A DNA stretch of 64,000 bases from Nemertoderma westbladi (lineage: Eukaryota > Animalia > Xenacoelomorpha). Positions 9,730-20,291 of the stretch are shown here, one piece after another (within the stretch, counting starts at the first letter, position 1; each line of letters begins with the position of its first letter). The stretch spans positions 17,494-81,493 of the forward strand of contig JAUCBJ010007057.1 in NCBI GenBank assembly GCA_032718475.1, in the 5' to 3' direction. Position numbers and translations under genes: made by a program. The notes below the pieces were generated by a model. That model saw only the letters and a list, made by a program, of their open reading frames with translations. It did no database searches and had not been told where the DNA came from.

Positions 9730-12700
9730 ATGTCTGACACAAAGCAAAACCTGTCAGACAGTCTCTTAGATACAACCATCTGTGACCCAGACAGGAGTGT
9801 GGAACGTGTTAGACCGAAGTTCAACTCACCTCCTACTGTAAGAAAGATCATTCCCCCAGTAGTAATATCAGAACCTAGGCTGGTCCAACACCGTTGGTCT
9901 GTCATAGGCACTAGAGCTCAGGTCAAGCGGGACCAAGAAGCAGCGGAACCGCAACAACCCGCGAGCCAAGAACTTATTTCTCAATGGCCCGACAGCTCCA
10001 GTAGTGCGGATACTGTAGAGCTGACACCCGAGCACGGAGCAAAGATGATAGATGCGGTTTATTCGGACCCCCTTCTCATCCTTCCTGCAGCCATACTCAC
10101 TAGGTTATTGATTGCGGTGGAAGAACACCAGATCGATTGGGCGAGAAATAAGCGATCGACCAAAGATAGTTATGCGGGATATACAAGGGAAGAACTGAAG
10201 TCTATTGTCGAGTCGCAATGGAACTTCCCCGGACCCGGACTCCCGTTTGACTTATCGGAAGCTGCCTGGGAAGACATACACAGGATGGGAGTGACAAAGG
10301 AAACCAGCGATCCAGCTGTGTGGAAGAGGTCAGCAGCCGGATACACACAGGGATTCTTCAGCTCCATGGAGCGATTAAAAGAACAACTGTTTCAACAACC
10401 CCAAGGACCTCAAGAGCAGGGACAGCTGCTTTATCAAGTTAGAGAAAGAATTCTACGAATCAGGCTAATCTTATCGGCCTTTGAGGAGGCTTCTAAAAGA
10501 AGACAAGACACGTCGTTGCAAGTTGCCGTAAAGACTTGGTTTCAACGGGTGAGTCTCCAGGTTCAAGGAACGGCTCAGTGGAAAGCTCAGCTGGAGGAGC
10601 GCTCAACCCATGGAGAATCAACAGACGCTACTTTTTCCCAAGTGGAAAGTGAAGCGACGGCAGAGAAACCGCATAAGAGGGATGCCATTGACATCTATCT
10701 GTCAGACTATCAACGTTCTTTAGGTGATGAAGAGTTCAGGAGAAGGCTGGATGGACTTAGCCCTAATAGTGAAGGAACCCAGCGTGTGTTGGACGCCATC
10801 GATGTGGATATGAGAGCTGCGAACCAAGCTAAATTTGATGAACAACTCCGCATCGCTAGAGTCCAAGAAGAACAAGTAAAGAAAAAACGTATAGATGACA
10901 GAAAGATAGCAGCAGCGGCAGCAGCAGAAGCAGAAGCAGAAAGAAAGGCGGCAGAAGCAGCGGCAGAGGCAAAGGCGGCAGCGGCAGAGGCAAAAGCGGC
11001 AGAGGCAAAGGCGGCAGCGGCAGAGGCAAAAGCGGCAGCAGCGGCAGAAGCGGAAAGAAAGATAGCGGTGGCAGAAGCAGAACGGAGAGCGGCTGAAGAG
11101 ATCGCCCAACTAGAGTTGGAAAATCTTCAAGAGAGGCAAGATAATTTTAATAAACAGTTAACACCTAGTAATATGCAGATGATGAGTCGATCTACTCCCA
11201 AAAGACAAGGTTATACATCATCTGAGGAAGGCAATACCACCGATCATGAAGGCGGAGGAAATAGATCTCGTCTAAGCAGACGTAGAAGAATATCCCACCG
11301 CCAGAAACTGCCTGATTTGCCCCCAGCTGTTAGAAAACAACTAAATAACACAAACTTAGGTAGTACAGAACCCACAGACCAAATAATTGAAATAGAAAGA
11401 CTCCCTACTATAGTAGATGAGCCTGAAATAATTAGGCCTGTTCCCGAAGCCACCCCTTCGGTGATAGAGACACCTGTACTCCCTGAACCTACCTCTAAAT
11501 TCCCTCTGCACAGCACTAAGCTATCTGTGCCACACAGAACCACCCTTGAAAATGTTCATGTCCTGGACTCCGAGGGAAATATTAATGATTTGTCGCCCGT
11601 TGTCCCTCGTCGGCCCGCTACAACGTTGGCGGCTCCTGCTTCGGTGGTCGAGTGGGTGGATGAGGGACGATGGGGGATGGATCTCCTGCTCGGGCAGATG
11701 CAGGAGACTGTTCAGCAATTCAAGGGCACAGTAAGGGAAAGTAGGTTAGAGTTGCAAGAAGTGCAGCAAAGAATCGCGCTAGAACATGATAAATTAGTAA
11801 ATACACAAAAGGGTATACCACCACCCCCTGTAACAATGTGTCAACCTGTTAGGTCTGAAGTGTTTCATGCGCAAGGTGTGGAGCCTACACGCATATATAC
11901 TGCTAGCGAAGTAGAAACTCCTATAGTGAACCCTATTAAGGGTAATTATAGACCTGTTGATAATGATATTCCCTATAGACCTGATCATAATCCGAGAAAT
12001 TTATATACCGATAACTCGATATTGAATAACACGATGGCCCAAGAAAGTTTTACGCGTCAAATGGCTAGAACTGAAGCACGTCAAGCGGTAAAGGTTGGAG
12101 AGATCGTCAAGTTCAATGGAGATGAGATGAAATGGTTACCTTTTAATGAATATTATAAAGATAACATACAGAAATCTGTACTATCTAATGGAGAGAAACT
12201 TAGATTCCTCATCGAGTGCTTGGAAGGATCTCCCAAGTTAATGGCGTTAAAGTTTATTGGACATCCAGACGGATTAAGACAAGTTTGGGATACACTAAAC
12301 ATCAGGTATGGTAATAGGAATAACATAGCTAAATATTTGTATGCAAAATTAGTAGCGCCCCGAAAGTTCATTAGCAGCGGGATAATAGAGTTTTCCGATG
12401 AGATTCAAGAGATCTGTAGACAATTAGATTGGTTAGGTAAGTCTCATGAATATCAGAGTTCTATGGTTATTGGAGCTGTGGCTTCTACTTTACCGAAGGG
12501 TGGAGTAGGTACACGCTGGGATAAGAAAGTGTTATATATGATGGAACAACAACGACGAGACCCTACCATGGCTGATCTCATGTCATTCCTAGATGGAGAA
12601 GTGCTATTACAGCTCCTAAAACAGTCCAGAGAGAAGACACCGGAAAACAAGGTAAGTGAGAAACCCGTCTCTAGGAGAAAGGTAACACCAGTGTGTTATA

Positions 12701-15700
12701 CAGATGACGGCGAAAGCCAGACTTCTCAAGGAGAGGATAGCGGGAAAGACACTGAAAGATCTTATTATGTCAATAAAACGCCTAAAGAACAGGTAAGTAA
12801 ATTCAAGTCTCGAACCAATGACAGGAGAGAACAGGTAAGAAAAACTCCTCCTACGTCTCCCAAGAGAATTCAGGTGAGAAAGCCCGAAGAAAGAATGAGT
12901 GTGCACAATGTTATTCAAAATAAAGTAAGTAACATCAAACCGAAATGTGCGTTATGTGACGGGACCCACCGTTTGAATATGTGTGATGAATTCCTGAAGA
13001 AATCATTAACGGAGAGACGAGAAGTCATGTGGGATAAGCGGTTGTGTTATAATTGCCTCAGACAAGGACACCAACGGCGAACCTGTTACTCCGACACAAG
13101 GTGTGCAAAGTGCGGTGCGAAACATCATATCTTGTTGCACACTGAATTTGAGCGAAACAGCCAGAGTCAGGTAAGTGATTCCGAACTACATGTCCAATTC
13201 AGTGATGTGAACGACACTGACCAAAGTTCTGAGATGGAAGGATTCTATACAGATGAATTCTCCGACGAAGGTGAATCCTGTTACATGATAAATACCGCAG
13301 TGTATCGAGCACTTACGTATGAAAAACACACAGACAGCGACCTCACCCTCACTACTTCTGATCGACAACCATCTTGGAAAGCGCCACCTTCCAATGTAGG
13401 AATCCGAGAATTTCCTGTAGTACAGGTAAGGGTCCACGGACCTAAAAGGAGTTATGTAGTGAACGCCCTCCTTGACTCCGGTAGTACAGGAACATTCATC
13501 GACAAAGAACTAGCCGAAGACATCTTTGCTGGACAACCCAAGTTCCGAACTAAGCTAAACATGTCAGGAATTATGCAGGTTTGGAAATCTACAGTAATCG
13601 CGGATTATTATGTAGGTGCGTTGTCCACCCCCCAGGATGAACTAGGAGAACATAGTATAAGGTCAGTAAAAAGGGTGGCGATAAAGAACTTCGCTACCAC
13701 CCAAGTGGAACCTTATAACTGGGATGAGGACGATTTCACCCAGCAGCTGGAAATACCTAGATTCAACACCGATTACCCTGGAGTGCAAATACTCATCGGT
13801 CAAAACGCGCATGAAGCGCTCGAGACATTGGAGAAACGGCCCGCTCAACCGCAACCACTACAAGCTTATGCGGGAAGAACTAGAGTGGGTTGGTACTTTA
13901 CTGGCCCTTCCCGTAGAACTCTCATGGAAAGATTACCGAAAGACCAGGTATGTCAAGTGAGAGAATGGGAAGTCGAGGGCAGTGAGTTAGATGATCTAAC
14001 TGAGGGAACACCATACTCCTCAGATAATGACGATGTCCACCAACTTTTCGATGAGAAGAATACCATTGATCTCCTTAAGGAAAACGAGACTTGGCAAAAC
14101 CAAGTGAACTTATGTCAGCTCCTTCTTCCATCAGAACGAGACGACTATAACGACGAACTTAATGACGTCATTGAACGTTATAATGCCAAGACTCGGGATG
14201 AACATGCCGTACGATTCTTTACTCAAGAGGCTGTAGAGCCCAATTCCTACGATAAGGCCCTATCGGTAGAGGAAGAAAGAGCCAAGCAGATCCAAGAGAC
14301 AACTACACGTTTTCTTAAAGATCAAGGTAGATATGAGATTGGTCTACCTTTCCGAAAGCGAGAACCAAAGTTCGTAAACAACAGACCCTTGGCGGAGAAA
14401 AGAATTGCTCAACTACATCGACGCCTTACGGCAAATTCTTCAGCTAAAGAAATGTATCAAACGCAGTTGAAGAAATTTATTAGCAAGGGATATGCGGAGC
14501 TAGTACCGGAAGAAACACCTATAACTGAGAGAACGTATTATTTAACTCACCATCATGTTCCCAAACCCGGTAAACCCCATGAAGTACGAGTGGTGTTTGA
14601 CGGCTCCGCCCTCTATATGGGCCAATCCCTTAATTCTGAATTGTTACCCGGACCCAACTTACTCCAATCCTTGTTGGGAATACTCTTAAGATTAAGACAA
14701 TATTCAATTGCTTTCGCCTCAGATATAGAAGGCATGTTCTTACAAGTCAAGGCGCTGGATAGGGATCGAGATAGCCTACGATTTCTGTGGTGGCCTGAAG
14801 GAGACCTCAACCAGAAACCGGTGGAGTACTGGATGACCATCCAGGCTTTTGGGATAATCTCAAGCCCTTCAAACGCCTGTTCAGTGGTGCGCACCACTGC
14901 GGATGACAACCGAGACGCCTTCTCTAAAGAGGTGATTGACAACATCAAGCGGGATATATACATGGACGACAATCTAAAGTCCCTTCCATCAGTCGAAGAA
15001 GCTATCGATGTCGCTAAAGGAACGGTAGAGTGCTTAAAAAGAGGTGGATTTCGATTAACTAAATTCACCATTTCACACACCAATTCGATCCCGGTAGAAG
15101 ATCGAGGAGCGAAAGACCTGGATCTAATAAAAGACGATCTCCCAGAAACTAAGACCCTTGGTTTGAAATGGGACACCGAAAGAGATATCCTGTTTTTCCA
15201 ACTAAAACAGCGAGATAATCCAGTTCGGACTAAATGGATTTGTTTAAGTATCCTGAGCACTTATTTCGATCCATTAGGATTTATTAGCCCAGTTATATTG
15301 ATTGCTCGGAGTTTAGTACAACAAATGTGGCTTGAAAACCACTCATGGGACGATCCACTTAAGGGAGAATTGTTAAAGAAGTGGATGAAATGGGAAGATT
15401 CTCTACCAGCCATCGAGAACTTTATAATTTCCCGTTCATATTTTGGTCATGTTCTCCCTACGTATTCCTATCAACTCCATGTGTTTGGAGACGCCAGCGA
15501 TATGGGAATAGGTATAGTAGCCTACCTAAGGGTGGAAACTCCGGACAGAATCAAAGTCGCCTTGGTTACCTCTAAGGCACTGATAAACAACAAGTTGAAA
15601 GTTCCTCGAGCGGAGTTAAAGGCGGCGCTATACGCTACAGCCATCGGCCGGAATGTAACAGAACAGATCGACTATCCACTGGAGAAAACTGTCTATTGGA

Positions 15701-17835
15701 CCGACGCTTTGCTCGTGTTGGAGTATATAACCAATGAAGTCTGTCAGTTCAGCGTCTTCGTTACCAACAGAGTAGCCATTATACTCAGTCGCACAATGAT
15801 GGATCAATGGAGACATTGCCCCGGAACGATTAATCCAGCAGACATCGCCTCCAGGGGAGCAACTCCACAAGAACTGGTAGATACTCCAGACTGGCTAGGT
15901 GGACCCGACTTCCTCTACAAAGAAGAAGAAGAATGGCCTCCTCATCTTACTACAGCAGAGATTAGACAGGCCAAGGGAGCGGAGAAAGTCAAACCTAAAA
16001 CTCGGGCGAGTAAATCGAAGTTATTCAAACCTATGGTAGATCTGTCTGTACTACATACTTCCGGAGACGACGCTTTGGATCAGAAACCCACAGCCATAGA
16101 TAAGTCTATTGTGGAAATCCGTGAGAAGGATTGGAAATCTGGAATACCAGACGTCTCGCAAGGACTCTCACCTCTTCTGCAGAGAGCGATACATCACTAC
16201 AGTTCCTGGAATCGGCTCTGTAAGGCCGTTACATATTTAAAGAGATGTTTTCACCATCACTACTCCGGGATGAAGGCCAAAGGTGATACCGCTCCAATAA
16301 CATCAGTGCAGGTCCATGTTATTAAAGATCTTCCCAAATATAAGATATCCGACAGGTTTCTGAAGGAGAAGATCAGTTATCAGGAGCATGAAGAAACCAA
16401 CAAGCAGATGCTGAGACTCCTGCAATGCTATGAGGATTCCGATAAGTATTTCCTGTTGTTGAGAAATCCACAGATGCGCTTAAGGGATCGTTTCTCTAGC
16501 ACAATGATAGATGGGTTGATACGTGTGGGAGGAAGATTAACGAATGCTCCATTATCCTTTGACACTAAATTTCCCATACTCATTAGAAATCTTGAAATAC
16601 AAGTCAAGATGATTGTAGACGTTCACAGCAAACTTTATCATGCTGGTAGGGAACGAGTTCTTAGCGAAATTCGAACTCGCTATTATTTTTATAAACCCCG
16701 TAGAGCTCTGAACCAAGTTCTTAGGAACTGCATACCCTGTAGGAAAGCATTCAGTAGGCCTTTAACACAGCGAGAGGCAGAATTACCTAGGGAACGAGTA
16801 AGCTTCTATGAACCACCCTTTACTAATACCGGTGTGGATTTATTTGGCCCTATTGAAGTATATCGTGCTAGGACTATAGTCAAGAGATGGTGTGTCATCT
16901 TTGTTTGTATGACTTGTAGAGCTATCCATCTCGACATGGTGAACGATTTATCTACCAACAGCTTTCTATTAAGCTTACGACGACAGATCGCTCGCTTTGG
17001 CACTAGTAACACGATGAGATCTGATAAGGGAACAAACTTCATTGGTGCCAACAATGAAATCAAAGCTTACGTCAAAGATTGGAACCAAAGACAGGTGGAC
17101 GATCAGCTACGAGTAACAGCGTCTAGCTGGACCTTCAACGCCGCCGACGCCCCTTGGTGGGGAGGAAGTTGGGAGAGATTAATAAGAAGTGTGAAGACAG
17201 CATTTCACTTTATAGTGCCTTGCCGCGCGTATCTCACCAACGAACTTTTGCGGACGTTAATGGAGGAAATCGCCGCCTATCTCAACGAGAGACCGCTTAT
17301 GCCAGTCTCATCGAGTCCCGATTCCCTGGAAGCGCTAACACCCGCGCATTTCCTACTGAAGAAACCTGTAGCCATGCTCCCACAATCGGAAATCACAGAC
17401 GGAGACGAATACTGCCGGCAAACTTGGCAACTCATGCAGTTGTTATCCCGTCGTTTCGCTGACCATTTCGAAAAACATTATCTGCCCACGCTACAACTTC
17501 GAACTAAGTGGTTTGCGCAGCAAGAAAACGTCAGCGCTGGAGACATGGTTCTTATTGTGGATGTAGATCTTCCACGTAAGCGGTGGCAGACAGGTCGTAT
17601 CATCGAGACTCACATCTCGGATGATGGTTTGGTGCGATCGGTAGAACTCGTCGTCATGCGACGTAACGTCAAGAAACCGGGAATTGTCTTCGAGACACAG
17701 CAGCTCAATCGCCCAGTTGGTCGTTTATGTTTACTGGAAAGAGACAGAGAACTCTCCGGAAACTATGGGAGGCAAGATACTCTTCCCACGACCACCTCCC
17801 TAATCCAACAAACATCTAGGGACTCCCCAACTTAA
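9730..17835 (+). CDS. gag-pol: BEL/Pao Gag-Pol polyprotein, 2701 aa
   Basis: DUF1759-like capsid region (KFNGDEMKWLPF), three Cys/His knuckles, protease LLDSGS, RT YMDD, FDPLG and HVFGDAS RNase H region, integrase HAG..CIPC with DLFGP/SDKGTNF/GGSWE motifs. Small in-frame lesion near 15070. Confidence 0.96.
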   Translation: MSDTKQNLSDSLLDTTICDPDRSVERVRPKFNSPPTVRKIIPPVVISEPRLVQHRWSVIGTRAQVKRDQEAAEPQQPASQELISQWPDSSSSADTVELTPEHGAKMIDAVYSDPLLILPAAILTRLLIAVEEHQIDWARNKRSTKDSYAGYTREELKSIVESQWNFPGPGLPFDLSEAAWEDIHRMGVTKETSDPAVWKRSAAGYTQGFFSSMERLKEQLFQQPQGPQEQGQLLYQVRERILRIRLILSAFEEASKRRQDTSLQVAVKTWFQRVSLQVQGTAQWKAQLEERSTHGESTDATFSQVESEATAEKPHKRDAIDIYLSDYQRSLGDEEFRRRLDGLSPNSEGTQRVLDAIDVDMRAANQAKFDEQLRIARVQEEQVKKKRIDDRKIAAAAAAEAEAERKAAEAAAEAKAAAAEAKAAEAKAAAAEAKAAAAAEAERKIAVAEAERRAAEEIAQLELENLQERQDNFNKQLTPSNMQMMSRSTPKRQGYTSSEEGNTTDHEGGGNRSRLSRRRRISHRQKLPDLPPAVRKQLNNTNLGSTEPTDQIIEIERLPTIVDEPEIIRPVPEATPSVIETPVLPEPTSKFPLHSTKLSVPHRTTLENVHVLDSEGNINDLSPVVPRRPATTLAAPASVVEWVDEGRWGMDLLLGQMQETVQQFKGTVRESRLELQEVQQRIALEHDKLVNTQKGIPPPPVTMCQPVRSEVFHAQGVEPTRIYTASEVETPIVNPIKGNYRPVDNDIPYRPDHNPRNLYTDNSILNNTMAQESFTRQMARTEARQAVKVGEIVKFNGDEMKWLPFNEYYKDNIQKSVLSNGEKLRFLIECLEGSPKLMALKFIGHPDGLRQVWDTLNIRYGNRNNIAKYLYAKLVAPRKFISSGIIEFSDEIQEICRQLDWLGKSHEYQSSMVIGAVASTLPKGGVGTRWDKKVLYMMEQQRRDPTMADLMSFLDGEVLLQLLKQSREKTPENKVSEKPVSRRKVTPVCYTDDGESQTSQGEDSGKDTERSYYVNKTPKEQVSKFKSRTNDRREQVRKTPPTSPKRIQVRKPEERMSVHNVIQNKVSNIKPKCALCDGTHRLNMCDEFLKKSLTERREVMWDKRLCYNCLRQGHQRRTCYSDTRCAKCGAKHHILLHTEFERNSQSQVSDSELHVQFSDVNDTDQSSEMEGFYTDEFSDEGESCYMINTAVYRALTYEKHTDSDLTLTTSDRQPSWKAPPSNVGIREFPVVQVRVHGPKRSYVVNALLDSGSTGTFIDKELAEDIFAGQPKFRTKLNMSGIMQVWKSTVIADYYVGALSTPQDELGEHSIRSVKRVAIKNFATTQVEPYNWDEDDFTQQLEIPRFNTDYPGVQILIGQNAHEALETLEKRPAQPQPLQAYAGRTRVGWYFTGPSRRTLMERLPKDQVCQVREWEVEGSELDDLTEGTPYSSDNDDVHQLFDEKNTIDLLKENETWQNQVNLCQLLLPSERDDYNDELNDVIERYNAKTRDEHAVRFFTQEAVEPNSYDKALSVEEERAKQIQETTTRFLKDQGRYEIGLPFRKREPKFVNNRPLAEKRIAQLHRRLTANSSAKEMYQTQLKKFISKGYAELVPEETPITERTYYLTHHHVPKPGKPHEVRVVFDGSALYMGQSLNSELLPGPNLLQSLLGILLRLRQYSIAFASDIEGMFLQVKALDRDRDSLRFLWWPEGDLNQKPVEYWMTIQAFGIISSPSNACSVVRTTADDNRDAFSKEVIDNIKRDIYMDDNLKSLPSVEEAIDVAKGTVECLKRGGFRLTKFTISHTNSIPVEDRGAKDLDLIKDDLPETKTLGLKWDTERDILFFQLKQRDNPVRTKWICLSILSTYFDPLGFISPVILIARSLVQQMWLENHSWDDPLKGELLKKWMKWEDSLPAIENFIISRSYFGHVLPTYSYQLHVFGDASDMGIGIVAYLRVETPDRIKVALVTSKALINNKLKVPRAELKAALYATAIGRNVTEQIDYPLEKTVYWTDALLVLEYITNEVCQFSVFVTNRVAIILSRTMMDQWRHCPGTINPADIASRGATPQELVDTPDWLGGPDFLYKEEEEWPPHLTTAEIRQAKGAEKVKPKTRASKSKLFKPMVDLSVLHTSGDDALDQKPTAIDKSIVEIREKDWKSGIPDVSQGLSPLLQRAIHHYSSWNRLCKAVTYLKRCFHHHYSGMKAKGDTAPITSVQVHVIKDLPKYKISDRFLKEKISYQEHEETNKQMLRLLQCYEDSDKYFLLLRNPQMRLRDRFSSTMIDGLIRVGGRLTNAPLSFDTKFPILIRNLEIQVKMIVDVHSKLYHAGRERVLSEIRTRYYFYKPRRALNQVLRNCIPCRKAFSRPLTQREAELPRERVSFYEPPFTNTGVDLFGPIEVYRARTIVKRWCVIFVCMTCRAIHLDMVNDLSTNSFLLSLRRQIARFGTSNTMRSDKGTNFIGANNEIKAYVKDWNQRQVDDQLRVTASSWTFNAADAPWWGGSWERLIRSVKTAFHFIVPCRAYLTNELLRTLMEEIAAYLNERPLMPVSSSPDSLEALTPAHFLLKKPVAMLPQSEITDGDEYCRQTWQLMQLLSRRFADHFEKHYLPTLQLRTKWFAQQENVSAGDMVLIVDVDLPRKRWQTGRIIETHISDDGLVRSVELVVMRRNVKKPGIVFETQQLNRPVGRLCLLERDRELSGNYGRQDTLPTTTSLIQQTSRDSPT

Positions 17836-18383
17836 CAACGGCTGGAGTGGGTGTATGACTATATTTTATATTTGTTTTATTCTTTTATATTTATGTATAT
17901 ATTATTATGTAATTTTATTATAATCGTTTTCTTTAATTTTATTTAGTAGAATGTTATTTTAGCGATTATTTAGTAGATTAGTGCAATATATATTCGCGTT
18001 TATTACTTAATTACTTATACATTATATATTTAGTGCAACGGCGAGAAATAATTCTTTTTCTCCTTCCTTACTGTCCGTATTACATTACAAATACGTAACT
18101 ACAGTAAGATGAAATGTCCGTACTTATTAAAGTACAATAAAGCTCCTACTATATTTAAGTATTATTGGTAGGCAGAGTATTAGGAATGCAAAATTCAGAT
18201 CCTCGTGTCTCGGCTAAACCAAGCTCTGGGTAGACCTTGGAAACGACTTGCCTCTTCTCACTGACATTGCTTCGTGCGATATTGCTCTCATACCGTATAT
18301 TAAATAATACATATAGTAGCGTGATGTCCCTTTAACAGTAGCGTACAACGCAAATAAATCTGTTAAACCCTTTGACCATCTGT

Positions 18384-18650
18384 AATTCTCGTCGATTAAG
18401 ATATCGCGGCACCCACCGATATACTTGAAAGACAAATTCTAGAATCAGTGGTTAACGTCCCCAGACAAGTTCTGGAATAAACTGGTGCCCATCCTAAATA
18501 TTAATTATTAATATTTACAAAATCTGTCAAATTTTAGATCCTTTAAAATTCTAGTCGATTAAGATATCGTAGCACTTACCGATACTCTTAAAAGGACAAA
18601 ATTCCTAGAATCTAGGATCCCAGTCCCCAGACACATTCTGGGATAAAATT
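18384..18650 (+). repeat. Duplicated hairpin module in the non-coding region after pol
   Basis: Two diverged copies (~18384 and ~18547) of TTAAGATATCG-N10-CGATA..CTT(G/A)A followed by CCAGA-N5-TCTGG; both copies are present in E2. Confidence 0.7.
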
Positions 18651-19467
18651 ACGTCTATTTAACATTAAATAATAAAAATTACGGGAATAAATTTAAATTC
18701 ATATATTTCAATGAATTTAATAAATTGTCATTTTATACAATTTATAACATTCCCAAAATTCCATTAATTAATAGATCATGGGAGCGGAGATTCACTCTAT
18801 TAAGTGTATTGGTGTGCGAGAATCTCCAATATATAGTCAATAGCCGATAAAATTCATAAAATCATATATAGAGAGGATATTGACAATTAAAGAATTACTA
18901 TTAAATAGCATCCCAGATCTGTATGCATGAGAATTACCCTAATTCTACCGCTAGCTTTCCATAATGTCACCATGGCAACAACCACGCTAGAATTAGAAGT
19001 GAGTTAAAAGAACAATAGAAGGCTTGCCCCATTGAATAGCATAGGGAATAAATAGCGCACTGCTAGTATCCAAGGATACATAATAAATAAAGTGACATTC
19101 TGGAAGGTACTGACTAACGGACAAATGGCCCGAATGTGTACAGTTTATGGCAGTTGTGTTGAATTTGTGCGTTCATAGGTGAATGTTACTGCTAAAGTGT
19201 GTTTACAGTAGCTAGTCGCAATTGTGAAAGTAACCCTAACTCTCCAGAAAGAACCTGAAGTACATCTAAGCCTTTGGGACGGACAGTGGAGTGACTTGTG
19301 CCGGTTATCGTTGTCGTTGTGTAGCTACATCGTTGGCGAAAGCACAGCGACGACGGTACATCGGCGCTGAGGATCTTGCGCTGTCCGGGGGCAAAAGAGG
19401 GGTAGGCAGCGACGCCCGCTAGCCTAATATATAAACTCATTATAATATTGATAAACTCATAGCAGAT

Positions 19468-19845
19468 ATGACTGAGTTGATAGAAGATGATCTTAGTATC
19501 AGGGAGCGATATACTCTACCTTTACAAGCGTTTGTCGATAGCTTGATACGCGGCGACGCTGGTCCAACTACTACGGAGGATGATGGTCGTTATATCGAAC
19601 CGCCAATGTTCCCGGAGCAACTTACGCGTGAATTGGATTATAGAAAGTTCACCGCTCGCTATATGCATCGTAATGGTACGTATATGGACTTCTTAACTAC
19701 TGGCCATCCTATCGATTTACACGATACGGACGATGTAGATACCGAAAGGGAAAGGGTTTTATTTAAATATCATACCCAGCGGAGTCGGCACGATGAACCG
19801 AGAATGGAACACGAGAATTCTATTCGAAATCAACTCGAAAGATAG
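19468..19845 (+). pseudogene. E1 accessory ORF2, truncated at 125 aa; unknown function
   Basis: Homologous to the first 125 aa of the E2 ORF at 34869-35564. The TAG stands where E2 has a Glu codon, and similarity continues four more codons. Confidence 0.75.
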
Positions 19846-20291
19846 AATGTGGAAGAAGGCTTGTAAAGACAAATAGAGGAGAACCACTGGAGAAGAGACA
19901 TGGGTTAATGTCCAGGGTCCATAATGTGAATAGTTTTCCCCAGGGCACGGGTGCTCGCGGGCGGTCTCCTTCGGGAGGCTGTAATTTTCTCTTCCTTCAT
20001 CGTTTTCCTGTAATTATTGTGATCAGTGTCACAATTAAAAGGCAAGAATGAATGATGACGTGACGGAAAACATGTCCATTGTGGTATCTTATGGATACTA
20101 CCATATATCCTCCCTCCTCTTTACTTCCCTTATCCCTCTATACATCGCTATTGAAAATACAACATACTTCGTCCCACCTTCTCTTCCCAACGCGCTCGGA
20201 GCTTTGGGAGACGATCGACCGATCATTGTCGTATCGTGGTATTGATCATACCGCCTCTTAATAAACCTCCCATCCCTTACTATTAATCTGG

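Noticed and set aside
14613-15260. Antisense ORFs inside gag-pol (also 39796-40401)
   Set aside because: Expected shadows of a long conserved sense frame; no independent motifs.
19336-19375. Type II hammerhead (CGAAA ... CTGAGGA)
   Set aside because: Both core words are present and conserved, but stems II and III and an NUH cleavage site cannot be formed.
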